From Lingula anatina (lineage: Eukaryota > Animalia > Brachiopoda): a DNA stretch of 64,000 nt. The notes below the pieces were generated by a model. The model had not been told where the DNA came from and did not search any database. It worked only from the letters and a program-made list of their open reading frames with translations. The first letter of the stretch is position 1. Each line of letters starts with the position of its first letter. This document shows positions 25,701 to 40,700 of the stretch, piece after piece. Where the stretch lies: assembly GCA_051362555.1 (NCBI GenBank), contig CM120648.1, forward strand, positions 13,326,587 to 13,390,586. Direction: 5' to 3'. The position numbers and the translations under genes are program-made.

Positions 25701-28700
25701 TAAAAGTTGAAAAATATTAAAAGCACATCCAGAAATCCTGGCTTGAAATTAAGGGATTGCAAAGATAATTGAACATGACATCCACACGTTTTACTCTGAA
25801 AATAATATTGCTTTATTACCCCCAAGATGAATGCAAAGGTTGGCCGTAATTATTTGCTGATTGAACTTTGCTGCTGAGAAGATGTATGTCAGAAACTGTC
25901 ACAGGACAGTTCATTTTAGTATGCCTGTCACATGACTTGTGTCACATGACTTAGAGTTGTCAGTTTCTGTAGAAATACTGAAGGCATTCTTTCTTTTGCT
26001 CTTGGTCTTCTGCTTTACTTGAGTTTGTGAGTGCAGAGATAGATTTTTGAGAGAAAATTAAATACATTTACTTCAACGGAATGGCTGATTATCTTCATAG
26101 ATTTCAAAGTAAAACTTTCAAGAATATGTAATCTGCATAACAGCTTAAATTCTTTCAAGTATAGAAATCTTGTCCACTCTTGTCAATTAAGTCCATTGAT
26201 CACACTGACCCAAAAACACGGAGAGTGAATTTAGAATAACTTAAGCCATAGTCTGAATTACTGGTTTTAGAATGTCAATATTGTCTCTTTGCTAAGTGAA
26301 TTTCCTGGATTTTGTTTCCCAATTCCTGCAGTTGTTTCCTGGAAAATGCAGATGAAAGAATTGTGGTGGTATGGATTAAGAGGCATGGAGTCGATAACTG
26401 TGATGCTTTATCATATCAGGAAATTCAGCGAGGTGCGCTTTCAGAAAGCTGTCCATTATCGTGAACACACGTACATGCTGCAGGAAATTCAGCAGAAAAG
26501 ATTCCATGTTCGTTCCACTCATTTTCACTTGTCTGGGGTGGGTTTTAGTGTTTGTGTATATTTGATTTTAGTATTTCTCAGTGCTTTGGCAGTGTGTCTT
26601 CTCTAGTTATATTTAGTTTTCTATGTAGAGGACAGGATGTTTAAACAGAAGGCACATATTTTTCACTTCTCATCTTTCCTTCCCAGTTTTAAGTTGTTTG
26701 TTTTCCAAGATGTAATTCTGAACCACAAAAGAGCTTTAGCCTTATATCTGGATTCAAAGTTTTATACTAGAATTTTAGTCTGCTTTGGTCATTGTGTTGT
26801 ACATGTTTTATAACAGGAAAGACAAAGCTAATATTTCAAACGTATACTTTGTATAAGACTTGGGTTCCCATAAATTTATAGTACTAGCAGGATCGTTCTA
26901 ACTCTGGGGGGATTCTAGCTAAATTGCATTCAGTTTAAGAGACTTAAATGTCTGTCACACCCACTGAAGCTGCTATGGGGGTAATTAACTTTCGTACACA
27001 CTTAAACTGAATGCAATTTAGGGAGAACCCCCTCGGAGATAGATTGAATCCTGCTAGTCGGATAGGGATATGGGCATGGTCCCTAAGTGAACCAATTTGG
27101 TTTTTATCTCTGAAATAAAGTTCAAACCAGTTTCCAAGTCACAGATCCTTAAATTTATGTAAAACTGGTCCCAAACCCCCGAAATGTAGCCCTCTCTGAA
27201 GTAATAGATATTTGAGGACAGAAAAGAAGAAATGTGGAAGATTTTTCAGCTGTCATCTTCTTACCTTAGACTTGTTGGTTTGTCATAGTAATTTATGATT
27301 TTTACTACCGGACTTGTTTTTTTCTGTTAAAATAAAAATGTATGTGGTTTTAACTGATTTCTCCTCAGTTGAAACCAGTTGTAATTGTTTTCAGAAATCA
27401 AGTGAATGAGCTCAAGAAGTATTTTATTAATAATAGCAAATTGATATAAATATTGACATACTTTTGTAACAAGTACATTTCTTAACAAGATTAATTTTGA
27501 TTTTCTCCATGATATTTACACCATGGGGTAGTGTTGAGACCAAAGCATTTGTTTGCAGTTTAAAACCGGGGTCTGACTGTGTAAATTTAACACTTTTTCA
27601 GAAGTGTTTCTGTTATTGATATTACTCATATTACACATTGTTTCACTGCAAGGGGCCCCAAAATTTGTTTCTGTGTTGTAAAACAAAAGCGGAACAAAAC
27701 TCCCCTGCAGATATGTACAAACAGGATAGGGTTACCAAGTCTGTATGGTGCGGTTAACGGCACTGACTTGTTACAACCTGGCGTTAGCCCCAGACTGCTG
27801 CCATTGAAAACAACCCAGCTTTGTAAATTGTAGCAAAAACATATCAATATCGGGTCAAACAATTTTAATGACTGTTTTTAATGTGGTAGCTGAGGTGAAA
27901 GGCAGGGAGTAAGATACAATGGTTTTTCTGACCCCCGCATCTATTTGACTTTCCGGCTGAAAAGTTGATGATTTAAAGGAGACGTGATACGCACAGTCAG
28001 CATAAATAGTATTTACTCTTGCTGGACAATCAACATTTTTATGCCCTTTTATTTCTCTTTCATACTTCTGGTTCATTGGCCATTCAGACATATTTCTTAA
28101 ATCATGCTACACAATAAAACGTGACGTTGGTAAACTTTAATGTTTTCACTTTTACCAGCGGTATTTTGTCTCAAGGTGATTTTAATTTTCGTTAATTCAT
28201 AACAAGGTGAAGATCGTATGACTTTACCTTGGTTGGCAGCCAATCCTGGATTTAAATTAATGGTGGTTAATCGGTTTGTTTTCATATTTTGTTATCATTT
28301 TATCTGAGAAATGCTTGAGAAGTTCAACTTTAAACTGATATGACTTTGCCTTGGGCTGTACAGCTGTTATTTCCACTTCTGATGTGAGATAATATCTAGA
28401 CTTAACAGATGATTAACACCATATTATTTTGGAAATTTTATACAATATCTCTTGGCGATCCTTAAACCCTCTTTACTTAACATTTGAATATTGCAAAAAG
28501 AAAAGTTGGATGAATAAAGCTGCTAAGATGTATGTAACTTTAAGACTCTAAAGCAGATCTTGATTTCTGTTGTAATGCTTAAAGCTTTAGCATGTGGCAC
28601 CTGTTTTAACCAAAAATTTTCCCCCAAAGTGGTCTCAGACTTTTGATTAAAATTTTAGCCTGCTTTGACTCAAGTTAAATAGTCTTTTTTAATGAAATAC

Positions 28701-31700
28701 AGTGCCTGTTTTAGACCATTAAATAGTACTATGTTCAAGTTGACTGCTACGGATCCCAAATTGAAATAAAATAATTTTTGGGGTCTATAACTTTAGACTT
28801 ATTTTCAATGTTAAGTTCTGTATGAAACTTATGAAACTGGACACTGTTTTAAATTAGTAGAATCCTGATATTACATTTACTTTTCAACTCATTTTATATC
28901 TTTTTATAATGTCAGCCTCAGTCTGTCAAATATATCAACTGTTATGTGTCACTGAACTAGAATGCAATCAGCTGTTTGACTGAATATGTTTTCTAGCTTA
29001 TATTCCATTATAGTAACAGTTACATTACAGCAACAATTACGCTAAAATTACAATTGACCATTTCAGCAGCAGCACTTGTATGCTAAGATCTACGACAGAG
29101 GAGAGCACGAATGGTACGTCATCGTCGCAGTGGGCCATACGACTGATTGAGGCTCTTCACAACACAGACCCTGTAACCAGACAGTGCTTAGTTTTGAAGG
29201 TATGGAGCAAGTCGTGGATATTTAGATAGTATCACAGATAAAATATCAAATAAAAATTCAGCCACAGTATTTGTCTGTATTTGTCAGGGTAACAATAAAT
29301 TCATATACAAACAAATACAGTTACTATTTTTACTATTTCAAACATTTTGCAAAAATTAACATGTGAGCATAAACTTAGAATACCATAAAAGCAGTATTCT
29401 TTGATTAGAACTCTGACCTTTTCCCCCACTTAATATTAGAAATAACACCAAATTGATTTATGAATTTCAAAAAAGTTCAGGAAAGTTCATAGCCTTAGTT
29501 ATATGGAAAATTAAATCTTTCAGGCAATCGCTTGCTATTGATAGAATTTTGATTAATATGTCCAAAACTGTGCCAGTCTTTTTAGTATGTTCCCCCAGTT
29601 TATCAAAACCACATTGAATGGCTTTACCTGATGTAATATTAATCATATACACCCTCAAGATTAGTATTTATATAAAACTGTAAGGCAGTTGATAGCTCTC
29701 TAGTTTTTAAAATAAAGCTTTTATTATAAGGACCCTGTTGATTATGAGTTTGAATTATTTGTTGTTATTGTAATATTCATGTGAAACATTGTTATGAAAC
29801 ATTGCATATTTAATGAATGGTAGACCAGTATAGACTGTACTAACACTAAGCCGCTATTGTTGTTATTCATGTATGTGATCAAGCAGCGATGATTGTTTAC
29901 TATTGGAAATTAGGCTGCTCTGTAAATATCTCCTTTATCGTAGCTGTACCTGGTTATTCACTAGGCAGGTGTGAGCTGAAAGGTGTTAATTAATCTTAGA
30001 ACTGTTTAATTTGATAGGTTAATACACCTTGTGTGAGCAGAATGAGTGAATTGAATTTGTCAGGAAATAATTCAGAATTGGAAGGAAATTTGCTGTTACA
30101 TTGACAATGAATTAATGCCATATTTGTTTTATGTGTAAATGGTTCACTTAATCTAAAAGCAAACTACTAAGTAATGAACTTGATACAAAATGCTTCAACA
30201 TCATATCCAAGAGAAATGTGCTAAGAAGAGAAGAGAGAAAATGAAAGATTGGAGTTTTTGGTTTGAAACGAGCTTTAAATTTATTTGAAAATTTTAATCC
30301 ACCTGCATGAAATTAACAAGCATGAAATGAACTTAAGTGAAATCAACAAGTGTGAAATTTACAACCATGAAATTTACCTGCAGGAAACAAACAACCATGA
30401 AATAGCGACGTAACTTGTTAGCCGTTATAATGTTTTCTTTTCTTCTGGTTATTGATAAGAAAAATAGCACGAGGAGTGTGATTGAAAATGCCGGCTTCTA
30501 CTTAAATAATCCCACCCAACCGAGACCGTGTAATCAAAACAAAATTTACCATTCGGTTACTTTTCAAATGTGTTTATACAATCTTTATATTGGCGAGCTT
30601 CAAGTAGTTGACACAATTGCCATGTGATTCTCGTGTAATTTAATGGCATTGTGAATTGGTTTGTAGAGTCAGTAGATTGCTGCCTTCTACCATGAAAACA
30701 TTATTTCTGTGATCATGATAGTGCAGAGGTAATTTGTTTCAGGAAAAAAAACATGTTTACTGTTTATGAAAATTATTACTACTTTTTACAACTTCTCCTA
30801 GCTACTTTTGGGCTGGGGATTGGATTTTGTTTTCTGAATTGTGAGTAAGATTTGATCCAAGCTTCGTGATTTCAATTTACAGGTCTTGCAGTTAAGTTGA
30901 ACCAGTATCTATTATTTACTTTAAATTAGTTGTTATAATTAATGTGTATTTGTAGGCACGGTGCTTTAGAAGATGGCAGAGCTTGGTAAGAGAAACAAGA
31001 CGACAGAAAACTGATGACAACCAGTAAGTTTTTTATGAAAAGAATGTTTCCTGTCACAATGGTATTCCTCAACATAATGGGAAATATCCATAACAACTTG
31101 TTAACTTCAGATTATCTGTATATTATATGTTATTATTACATAATATGTATTTTATATGTTATTTTTGTATAAACATTTAACAAAACTTCCTTGATTATGA
31201 AAGTATAGCAAACGGACGACTTAAAAAACACTTAAAAAGTGTTAGAAGTGAGTAACTGTAATTTATCTGTTGATTAAAATGCTGTTGGAATTCTTTACTA
31301 CACAAGTCTTTCTTCTCTCTCTAGTGCTATATGTTATTATCATCGAAAACTGCTCGCAAGGTGCTTCAGACATTGGCGAGAGGAGGTAGATAATGGCAGA
31401 CAGTTGCATGCTGCCATTGCCCTCTACAGGAAACATGCACTGCGCAAAGGAATTCAGGGACTAAGGTTTGCTGTGCAACAGTCACGCCACCTAGAGGATG
31501 TTTTAGAGACTAAAATGAAACAGCACTTACTGTCCAAGTATTTCCATGAGGTAAGGCCCAAGTTAACTCAATAGGTTTAACATAACCATTTGGTTTATGG
31601 AAGACCACGTGGATTTATTTCCATATTTTTTCACAGTAACATCATGTCTGTTGGGTCGACATCCACAACTGGTCTTCTTATGTGTATTGTACATGTATCA

Positions 31701-34700
31701 CTAAATATTTCAGAATTTTTTTTTCCCAAACAATTGTTATCTAAATGTATATTGATAACTCTTTTCATATTTGCAAAGAAAAAGGGGGGGGGGGGGGTTA
31801 AAGGCTGTAGAAGATTGTTTAAAATTAAAATTAAATCATCATTATCATTTTTGTAATTATTTTAGAATGCAACTTTTTGTTTATATAATACGAAAAGAAC
31901 GGCATTTTTAGTTTAGGTTTGTTTTACTGAGTGTAATATAATAATTACACATTTCATTCACTTCATCCAATTCTCTTCAGTGGCAGGAGAGAGCCAGTGA
32001 CAGCAGGGAAAACACTATCCGTGATGCCTTCAATCGCTGGCGGCAGTTTAAGCTGCAGTCAGAGCGTATGAAGCTTCTGGAGAACATGGCGGAAAGGCGT
32101 CTCCTGTCCAAGGCGTACAGCGTGTGGAAGGGTCACTTTAAGGATCAGCAACAGGAGGGCGTGGCTGCTCTGCACTACAAGTCAGTTTTGAATTTTATAT
32201 GGTTTTGAACATTTAAGGAATAGATAATTAAATCACGTAATGGACACAGCATGTGATTTAAATGTCCATTCTATAATGTTGTTTAAAACTAAATCGGGAT
32301 AAATCCAAATATTCCCATTGACATTTGAGAGAGTTTTATTATCCATTGAAAGTAGAAGGATAATGCATCTAGAAATTTTCTCAAACCTGTGTGTCTGTTA
32401 CACACTGATACTTGCCATCATACACAGTGAAAGTGACAAACTGCTTTGATGATAATATGAATAAAGATTTGTAGTAGAATTGTAACAAACTGCTTGCAAG
32501 GTAATTTTGATTATGATATCAAGTTGTTCATATATTTGTTGAAGTTATTCATTATCTCTTGGGTTTTCATTGAGTATGTTTTCCACCCCCAGGGTCACAG
32601 TGCTGGGGAAGGGCTGGAAGGCCTGGAAACACTTCACCACCATCAGTCTAGTCAGGAGTAGGAGGAAAGAAGTCGCCAAGTGAGTTATTTAGAATTTTTA
32701 CCTTGATTGTAATCTGACTTATCTTTATCACAGATATGGTTTAGAGGTTGAATAACCAATGATAAAATAACTTTGAAGTGACATCCACTTATCAGTAGTT
32801 AATTTCTGATCATTCCTGAACAGGGGATGTTTCCTGAGGAAATGAAAATACAGTGAAGAATTTGACAAATAAAGTCTTTCTTTGAAAGAATGATATAAAA
32901 CATTCTCTTTATGTAGGATCCATTATGAGGAGCGCCTCCTTCACAGGACGTTCCACCACATGAAAGAGACAGCACAGAAATCTCAGACAGCGGAAATATT
33001 CTACCGTCGTCGTCTTTTGGCCAGGATGTTCCGACAGTTCCACGAGGCATCCCAGCTCAGCAAGGCTCATCGACTCAGAGTAATGGCGGAAACTAAGGAG
33101 TACAGACGCCTGGTGCTACTCAAGTCTTTCTTTGCTCGCTGGAGAGAAGAGCTGCGGGAACAGAGAGCAAATAATGTTGCCAGGAAGAGACTGGAGAGGT
33201 ATGGATAGTGGGACTGATCTTGTATGATTTCAGGAATATGAATTATCTGCCCCATAGGGGTTTACCTCTTTATATGTGTGAGAATAATCAAGAAAATGGC
33301 TTGAATTTGTATGGAGTGTTCAAAAATGAGGATTTCTTGGGAGGTGACATTTTTACCTTTATTTTTCATAGATTGAAACACCCTAAAGTCATGCTGATCT
33401 GTTACTTTGTTGTGAGTTCTGCTTTATTTCATTCAAGATTCCCGCGCCAAGTCACATGATAGCAGGTGTCATGCGACACCTGGTGCGACGCGTAAACAAT
33501 ACATAGACTAATACACTACAACTTTATGGCTAATATTCTCTGGGAAAAAATGTATGATATATTAACAATTGTCGCCTTTTTCTTTTTCATAGCCGTGCCT
33601 TTGAAATCTGGAAACTCAGATGGCGTCGTAACTTGCTCCATCGCCAAGTAAAAGAAACCAGGGCCAATGAGGAACTAAAACACATGGTGCTACAAGGCTG
33701 GCAGGAGGCAGTACGGAGGCAGCGGCAGGATAGGGAGGCAGCAGTGGAACTGCTAGAGAAGGTTGTGTGTAGTCACTGGCTGAGAGAGTGGCATGACTAC
33801 ACACAGAGAATGGTGGAAATGAGGTGGGCAGACTTACTGATCTGCAGACCCATCATACCAGTATGGCTGGCCCATCATAAAAGGAAGCCCCTTAGAGTGC
33901 ATTTTCAGACATTTAAATCGATCCAACTAGATTGACCTAACTCCCTGGGGGTTCACGCTAAATTGCTGTCAGCCAACCGAGCACAGTAGTTAATTACCCC
34001 CTTACAGCTTTTAGTTGGCAGGACAGTAATCTAGTGAGACTCCCCACAGGGATAGATCGATTTAAAATCTGTGAGAATGGGCTCACTGCCTCCACTTGCA
34101 CCATTAAAGAGATTAAGTCTCAGCTCCAAGGTTTAATTGCTAGATCCCTGCAGGGACGGTACATGTGGAAGTGGAGAGACTATCAGGATATAATAAGCAG
34201 CTTCCTTTTAAGTGGGTTGGCCATATTTGATCGACAGATCTATAAGTCCAGGGATCAACTTGTTCTGAATGTGCTCTAATATCCTCTTACATCTTTGCCT
34301 GCTACCATATATACAGAAGGTATTTATTGTCATAAAACTTAAGATGAATTTGACAAACTTGGTTTTATAAAAATATCAGGTGCAAAAGATAAAAAAAGGT
34401 CAATTGTTCCAGTGGTTTGGCAGTTCACTTGTGTTTAAGAATGATATTTTTGAAATATTTCTCTCCCCTTTACAGAGCCAGTTATGCAGAATTTGTCCAA
34501 AAGAGGGCACTGCAGACAAAGCGTCGTTACATGAAGACATGGCAGGCCCACCTCCATACTAAACTCACCCAGCAGAAAGCTAAAGAGTTGTGGACGTTGA
34601 AGTGTGTGCGACGTGCTGTGTACAAGTGGCACTCACTGGTATACAGGAGAAGACTGGAGATCATGTTACAGCAGTCCCAGCCACTTAGGGATAGGGCCTT

Positions 34701-34748
34701 GGTGAAGGGTAAGTGTGCCCTGAGAGAGAAAGAGAGAGAGAGAGAAAA

Positions 34749-34783
<35 letters not shown>

Positions 34784-37700
34784 TGGGAGGGGGGTCACAG
34801 ACTAAATGAGAGACAGAGAAAAGGAGAAGAATCACAGACAAAATGAGAGAGAAGGGGTAGAATGCATGGTTTTAAGCTGAAAGAAGGAGAGATTAGGAAT
34901 AGAGGAGTGAAATGTGAATAAAGTAAGAAAATTTGTCATATTTGGAGAAATTTTTTGAAGTTTGGTTTTTCTTGTCTACCACAAAATAGTCTATACAAAC
35001 AAGTCATGTTTAGATATGATGCAATATTTTTATCACCACACTGTCACTATTACAGCCTACCTGAAGAGGTGGATTCATGCCAAGCAGCAGCTAGACTGTG
35101 AGAAGGACCGCGCAGACATCGCGTACAGCGCCATGCAGAAGAAGGGGCTGCAGCGGATGTTTGTCAGGTGGAGAATTCTTACGCAGCAGGAGCTGACTAT
35201 AGCACCTCTCAAGTCTAAGAAGAGGAGGAAAGAGATAGCTAGGTAGGTATCCAGCTGTTGAGTCTTACTGAACATTTCCAAGGACAGCAGAGTGAAGTTT
35301 GACATAACTTTTGCACTGACTGGAGACTGCTGAAATCTGGGTGAGATGAAATGTTAGTCTTTTGACATGTTTTGGATCTTAACCAGTTTTGGTTTATCTT
35401 TGTATTAGACCACAACTTTGATATAAATATGGAAGCATGTTTATGTACTTTTTAACCAAGCTTTGCAAAGAGTATTTCTGCCTTCTAGCCAAGTATGGAG
35501 GTATTCTTTAATTTGAGCAAAAAATCATTAATACCAAACTGGCCATTATTAGTGTGACAAATGGCAATACACTTACTTTTTGCACCCCGAGACAGAGGTT
35601 GTCATCTGCTGTGATATCTAATGGTATTTTGTACTTTTACAGGGTATTTGACAGCTGGAGGGCTAGGGTGCTTACTAAGAGGAAAGGACTAGAACTGAAG
35701 GCCAGCTTCCACCATCTTCAGATGCAGAAGATCTTCACAAAGTGGAGGTAATGTCAGTGTTTTCACAGGGAACAGTTTGACAATAACATTCTCATAAGTG
35801 AGAATTTGAAGGAACGTTATTTTGTGTGAGTAAAAAAATCAGGTGTTTGAGTTGTACAAAAGTCCATTTTATGTTGAAAGTAAGTACCATTCAGATATGT
35901 CTTTTTTCATGATTATTTTACTTTCAGTTCTCAAATCAGATCAAAAGCTCATTATGTCCAATAATTGTCTTGATACTGTTGTTTTAGGTTAAAGACCCAA
36001 AGTCTTGTTCTCCAACAAAAGGTGGCGGTGTCATCACACCTCCATCTGCTCCGTCAGTGTTTTAGTGGCTGGTGTGAGGTGGTAGAACGTAAGAAGAACT
36101 ACGAGAATTTCACCAAACGTTGCTCCCAGCAACATCTCAGACGGGCATTCCAGACGTGGAGGTGTAACTTAGGAGAGGTGCGAGCTGAACGAGAAGAAGA
36201 GGAAGCTGAGCAGGTAAGAAGGAAAAGATGGCGCTACTCAAGTCAAAAACATTTTGGCCTGCTAACACCATGGTTTAAGAATCTGCTGGCCCAAAACAAG
36301 TACACTGCCCTGTTACTGAATTTGCCACTGTTTTTTTGCATAAGACCTGTGTTAACATTGCAGACTGTTATGTCAGAATTAGAGCATTATAGTATAGCAT
36401 GGTAATTGAGATTTATGAGAGTATGGGGGTGCATTCAATAACCTTTTATTGAAAATAGTTGGTAAAGATATTTCATATTCCTAACAAAGGGAAGGAAGCA
36501 TTAAAGCAATGGAGATTTCAAAATTTATTCCACTATGAACAAAACACAATAACATTGTAAAATTTCAATAAAAGAACATTGACAACAAGTGTGACATATA
36601 TACTAGTCTTGTATGTAATCAGAAATATTTCTTCATGTCTCATATAATTTCCAGGCAAGAGTGAAGACCCTGCTAGCTTCCTGTCTGCGTACATGGCGTG
36701 CTAAGCTGTCCCAGCAGCGTTGGTTGGAAGAGACGTTGTTGAAGAGAACTGCAGAGCAGCACTGTGCCAGACTGGTCCGCGGGTGCTTCATCCAGTGGAA
36801 GCTGCAGTACCAGGGGGCCGCCAAAGCCAGGTAATGAGGGCACACACCATACAACAACCCAGGCTAGTTTGAGGGGGATTGCAAACACTCAGACTTCCCT
36901 AGGCTTGTTTTAAAGATAGTGCTGACCACAGGGAAATTGTCTGAAACCTATATCCTCCTCAGTATATTATGTCAATTTTCATTGTATAGTGTAGAATGGA
37001 AAAAATAGGGGATTTGATGCTTTATCATTGTTATTTCTATCAAATGTATTAAGTAAAGTGAAACGTTGCCTGTGGTATCAGATATCTTAAGTACAGAAAA
37101 AGTAGGTAATACGAGAATGCATAGAGCTTTTTCTAGTGATTTTCGTAACACCATTTGGCTTTGTAGGTACCTGGAGGAAGAATTAGGTCAGCGTCGCCTG
37201 CAGCGCATCTTCAAGGTATGGCAAGACCAGACCAGCCAGTCTTTCCACGACTCCATAGCGCAGTTCCATGCCAATATGGCGGCCATTACCCCACGGGACA
37301 GTATGGAGAGGAATGACTCAGTCCTGTCTGGGTTGTCGCAGACGTCGTCCGTCAGCAGTAGTGGCTTCCAGAGCATTCCATGGCAGCAACACAGTGGCAT
37401 GGGTGAGTATTTGAAATACAGAGAAAGAGGCTGTCTATCTAAAATATAGAGAAAGCGCATTTCCTTCTAAAATCTTAAGTGAGACATGGAATGTGGTTTC
37501 TAGGATTTTAGTTGATTTGCATGCCACTGTCAAAATTACAATATTTTAAAAAGTAACAATCCTCTTTTTAATTTGTGTATCCATAGTGCATCATATTGAT
37601 GGTTTTTCATAAAAGAATCAATTTTTCGTTGCTTGTGTGATTTCCACAACTATCAGAATATAATGTTTATTGTATGATACCTTCACTATTTTCTTATGTC

Positions 37701-40700
37701 TAATACATCCTTATTTTATGATAAATAATATCCTTATAAATTACATTATTGAATGTCCCTTTCAGCCTACCCCTTGAACGGTCAACTGGACAGTTCAATG
37801 TCCACCTCCCCAACACTGGATGGTCAGCACTTTGGCCAGCTACTGATCCAGGATCTGATCCATGTTGGGAAAGATGAGGAGAAAGATGACGTGTTCTCAT
37901 ACCATGAGGTGCTGAGCCAGTCAGACATAGGGTCAGCTGTTAGCACACCACGCTTTAAACTTCTGGACAGTCCTAGGAAAAGGTGATTATTGTCAAAAAT
38001 AGTATTGTTCACACCTTAAGACCTTTTTGGTATAGTATTGGTATTTAGACTTAAAACTGCCTTTCTTTGTCATATAATACTATTTAAAGATGCATACAAA
38101 GTCAATTTTTTGTCACAGAAACCAACCAAATGCCAGCATATAGTTTCAAGTAGTATAACTAAGAGAATTACCAAAAGGCATTGTATAATTTTACCCAAAA
38201 ATGATGTTTGTACGGATTTTTCTGCTGGCATTCTAAGCTGTATGTCAATGGGGCAGGAAAGTAGGTCACGAAAGTAGGTTAAATTTACAACCATAAATTT
38301 AAAGAAAGGAGCAGTCTAAAGGTCTTTTATGGCTTATCGAGTGATCTATTCAGTTTTTTTCCTTGGCATGTCAAATTTATTTGAGTCATATAAGAATCTA
38401 GTAGAAGCGGTTTACATGTGTTACTGGGAATCCAGGCTCCACCGATGCTCGGTTCGTATGTACCTTTAAAAAGCATTAAATGTGCAGTAGGTAAATACTG
38501 ATTTCCGTAATTTTAATCAAATTATGAAAACTTAATTTTTTTTTTTGTTTCTAGGGAGTTGAGTGAGGAGAAACAGAAAAGTTTGGACAGACGCATTAGC
38601 TATGAGAAAGCCTTGAGCATTGAGAGAGCCAACTATGAACAAGAAAAGAGCAGTTTGCTGAGAGCAGGAAGTCTGTTGGAGCCTCTGAACATTGACATAG
38701 ATTGGTCTGCTACATCCGATATACAGGTAGGTGACATAAGATATACATACAGCTCTAGAGCCTGTGTTAATAATAAAGGTTGGAGTTGGTTGGATGTTTC
38801 GCAGATTAAGTTCAACCAGTTTGACTGTTGTTGTCTAGTCTCTTGGATCTGTTCCTCCCTATATTATACTACAGGTCAAGCTGCTTCACATATAGTGCCA
38901 AGAATAATCATTTAACTGCAATTGTTACAATAAATTGTAATGACAAAATATTCGCTGAAGTTCAACATGCTGTTAGTCTCCATAATTTTTTTTTCATTAT
39001 TTGTTGTGACATTTGATCTATGCAGGTGTCTGATTAATCAAAAATGTTCTGAGTTGAAATAAAGATAAATGTTTTTGGAAATTATGAAAGAAACTGGTCT
39101 CTTATCGACAGGAACTTCTTGTGTGGGTGGTCAAAAGATGGCAACACTGGCCAGTGAGTGCTGCATTTGAGCAGTGGAAGGAGTATGTGGCTCAGAGACG
39201 TGTCACCAAGTACCTCCAGACTGAGGCCAGCGCTAGGTGTGAAAACCTTAAGCTGCACTGGGCCTTTGACCAGTGGAAACATGGAGTCATTGCCATGGCA
39301 ACAGCAAGGAAGTATCATGTGAGTTATGTTTCTATGTTGTGATGTCTTCTAAGAGTACAATGATGCTTATGGTGAAATGTCATTTTGATATATCCAAATA
39401 GAATTTTTTTTTTTTTTTGAAAAGGAGGAAAAAGTTATAATATACCCGTTTTTACAATTATTTCCGAGGAATTATACTTAAGTCAACATTGCCAAAACCT
39501 TGATATAAACAGGATTTACTATAACCTAACTGATAAATTGTGTGTTCTTTAAAGCAATAATAACTCTTCGTTTCGGCCAAAAAATGAATTTTCCTGGAGT
39601 AAACAACAATTTTCCCATACTTAACAATGGTTAATGAATCCATTTTTACATTCAAAGTTAGTCCCTGGTTTTTTTCTAAAAAGTTTGGTTTTTTGTTAAA
39701 ATCTCTTAAGAGATTTTAACAGAGTATAGACATCAATGGAGGTCACGTGGTCTAAAGACAAGTTCAGATATCAGAATAAAAGCTATAACTGCTGTTTTTG
39801 TGGTAAAACAGAATATATTATATTTCTACGAGTTATTCACAAGGTTTTTATTGTGAAATATAGATCTCATACAAAGAGTTATTATCCCTTTAAATAAATA
39901 ATTGCAGATGGCTGAGTGCTTTATGATGTAAAAGTCTATTAGTAAGACTGCTTTAGACCAGAAATAAATTTTGTGTCATTGGACAACCATTTTATCATTA
40001 ACCAGAGACTTCGTTGTCTGAGGCATAACATGATTTCTTCCTTAATTGTCTGTCTGCACAGAGACGCACCATTTTACCTCAAACAGTCAAATTCTTTGTT
40101 ACTTTCACTTGGCATCTGATGGTGTGAGTTGGACAAATTTCCAATCCTTAATGGTCCCTGTCTAAACTGTCCTTAACCTATGATATGTCCTATATTTCTC
40201 AGGAGTCCTGTCTACTGAGAAGGTGTTTTACTGCCCTGAAAGAGTACACAGTGTCCAGGAAGATGAAGCAGGAACAGAAGAGACGAGCTGATGACTTCAG
40301 GGAGGCCATGTTGCTACAGAAAGTGCTGGAAACGTGGACTCAGAAGGTAAACTATGAAAGAAGACTGTGGTTGTGAATCAAATAGTGTGCTTGTTTGCAC
40401 ATGCATCTAGTGTTGTGCAGTCAGTCTGCATTTGTGTTATTTAACATATAGGAATAGAAAGAGTAGTCGATTATTATGACTATTATTATTTAGATACATT
40501 ATGAATAGTAAGCAAAACAAACATACAGAAATTATACAATGGGCATAAGACTGCTGTATGGGAAAAAAAATTTTCTTGAAATTTCAACAATATTTCCTTA
40601 ATAACAGACATTTACCCTAGACAAAATTATTGAGAAAAATATAATCTATTTTTATTGAATCTCACTCTCAGCATCAAGACAAACAGCAGTGTGAGGTGTC

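Noticed and set aside
34709-34809. EREREK-repeat tail of ORF 34417..34809
   Set aside because: Read-through of donor G|GTAAGT into an intronic (GA)n microsatellite.
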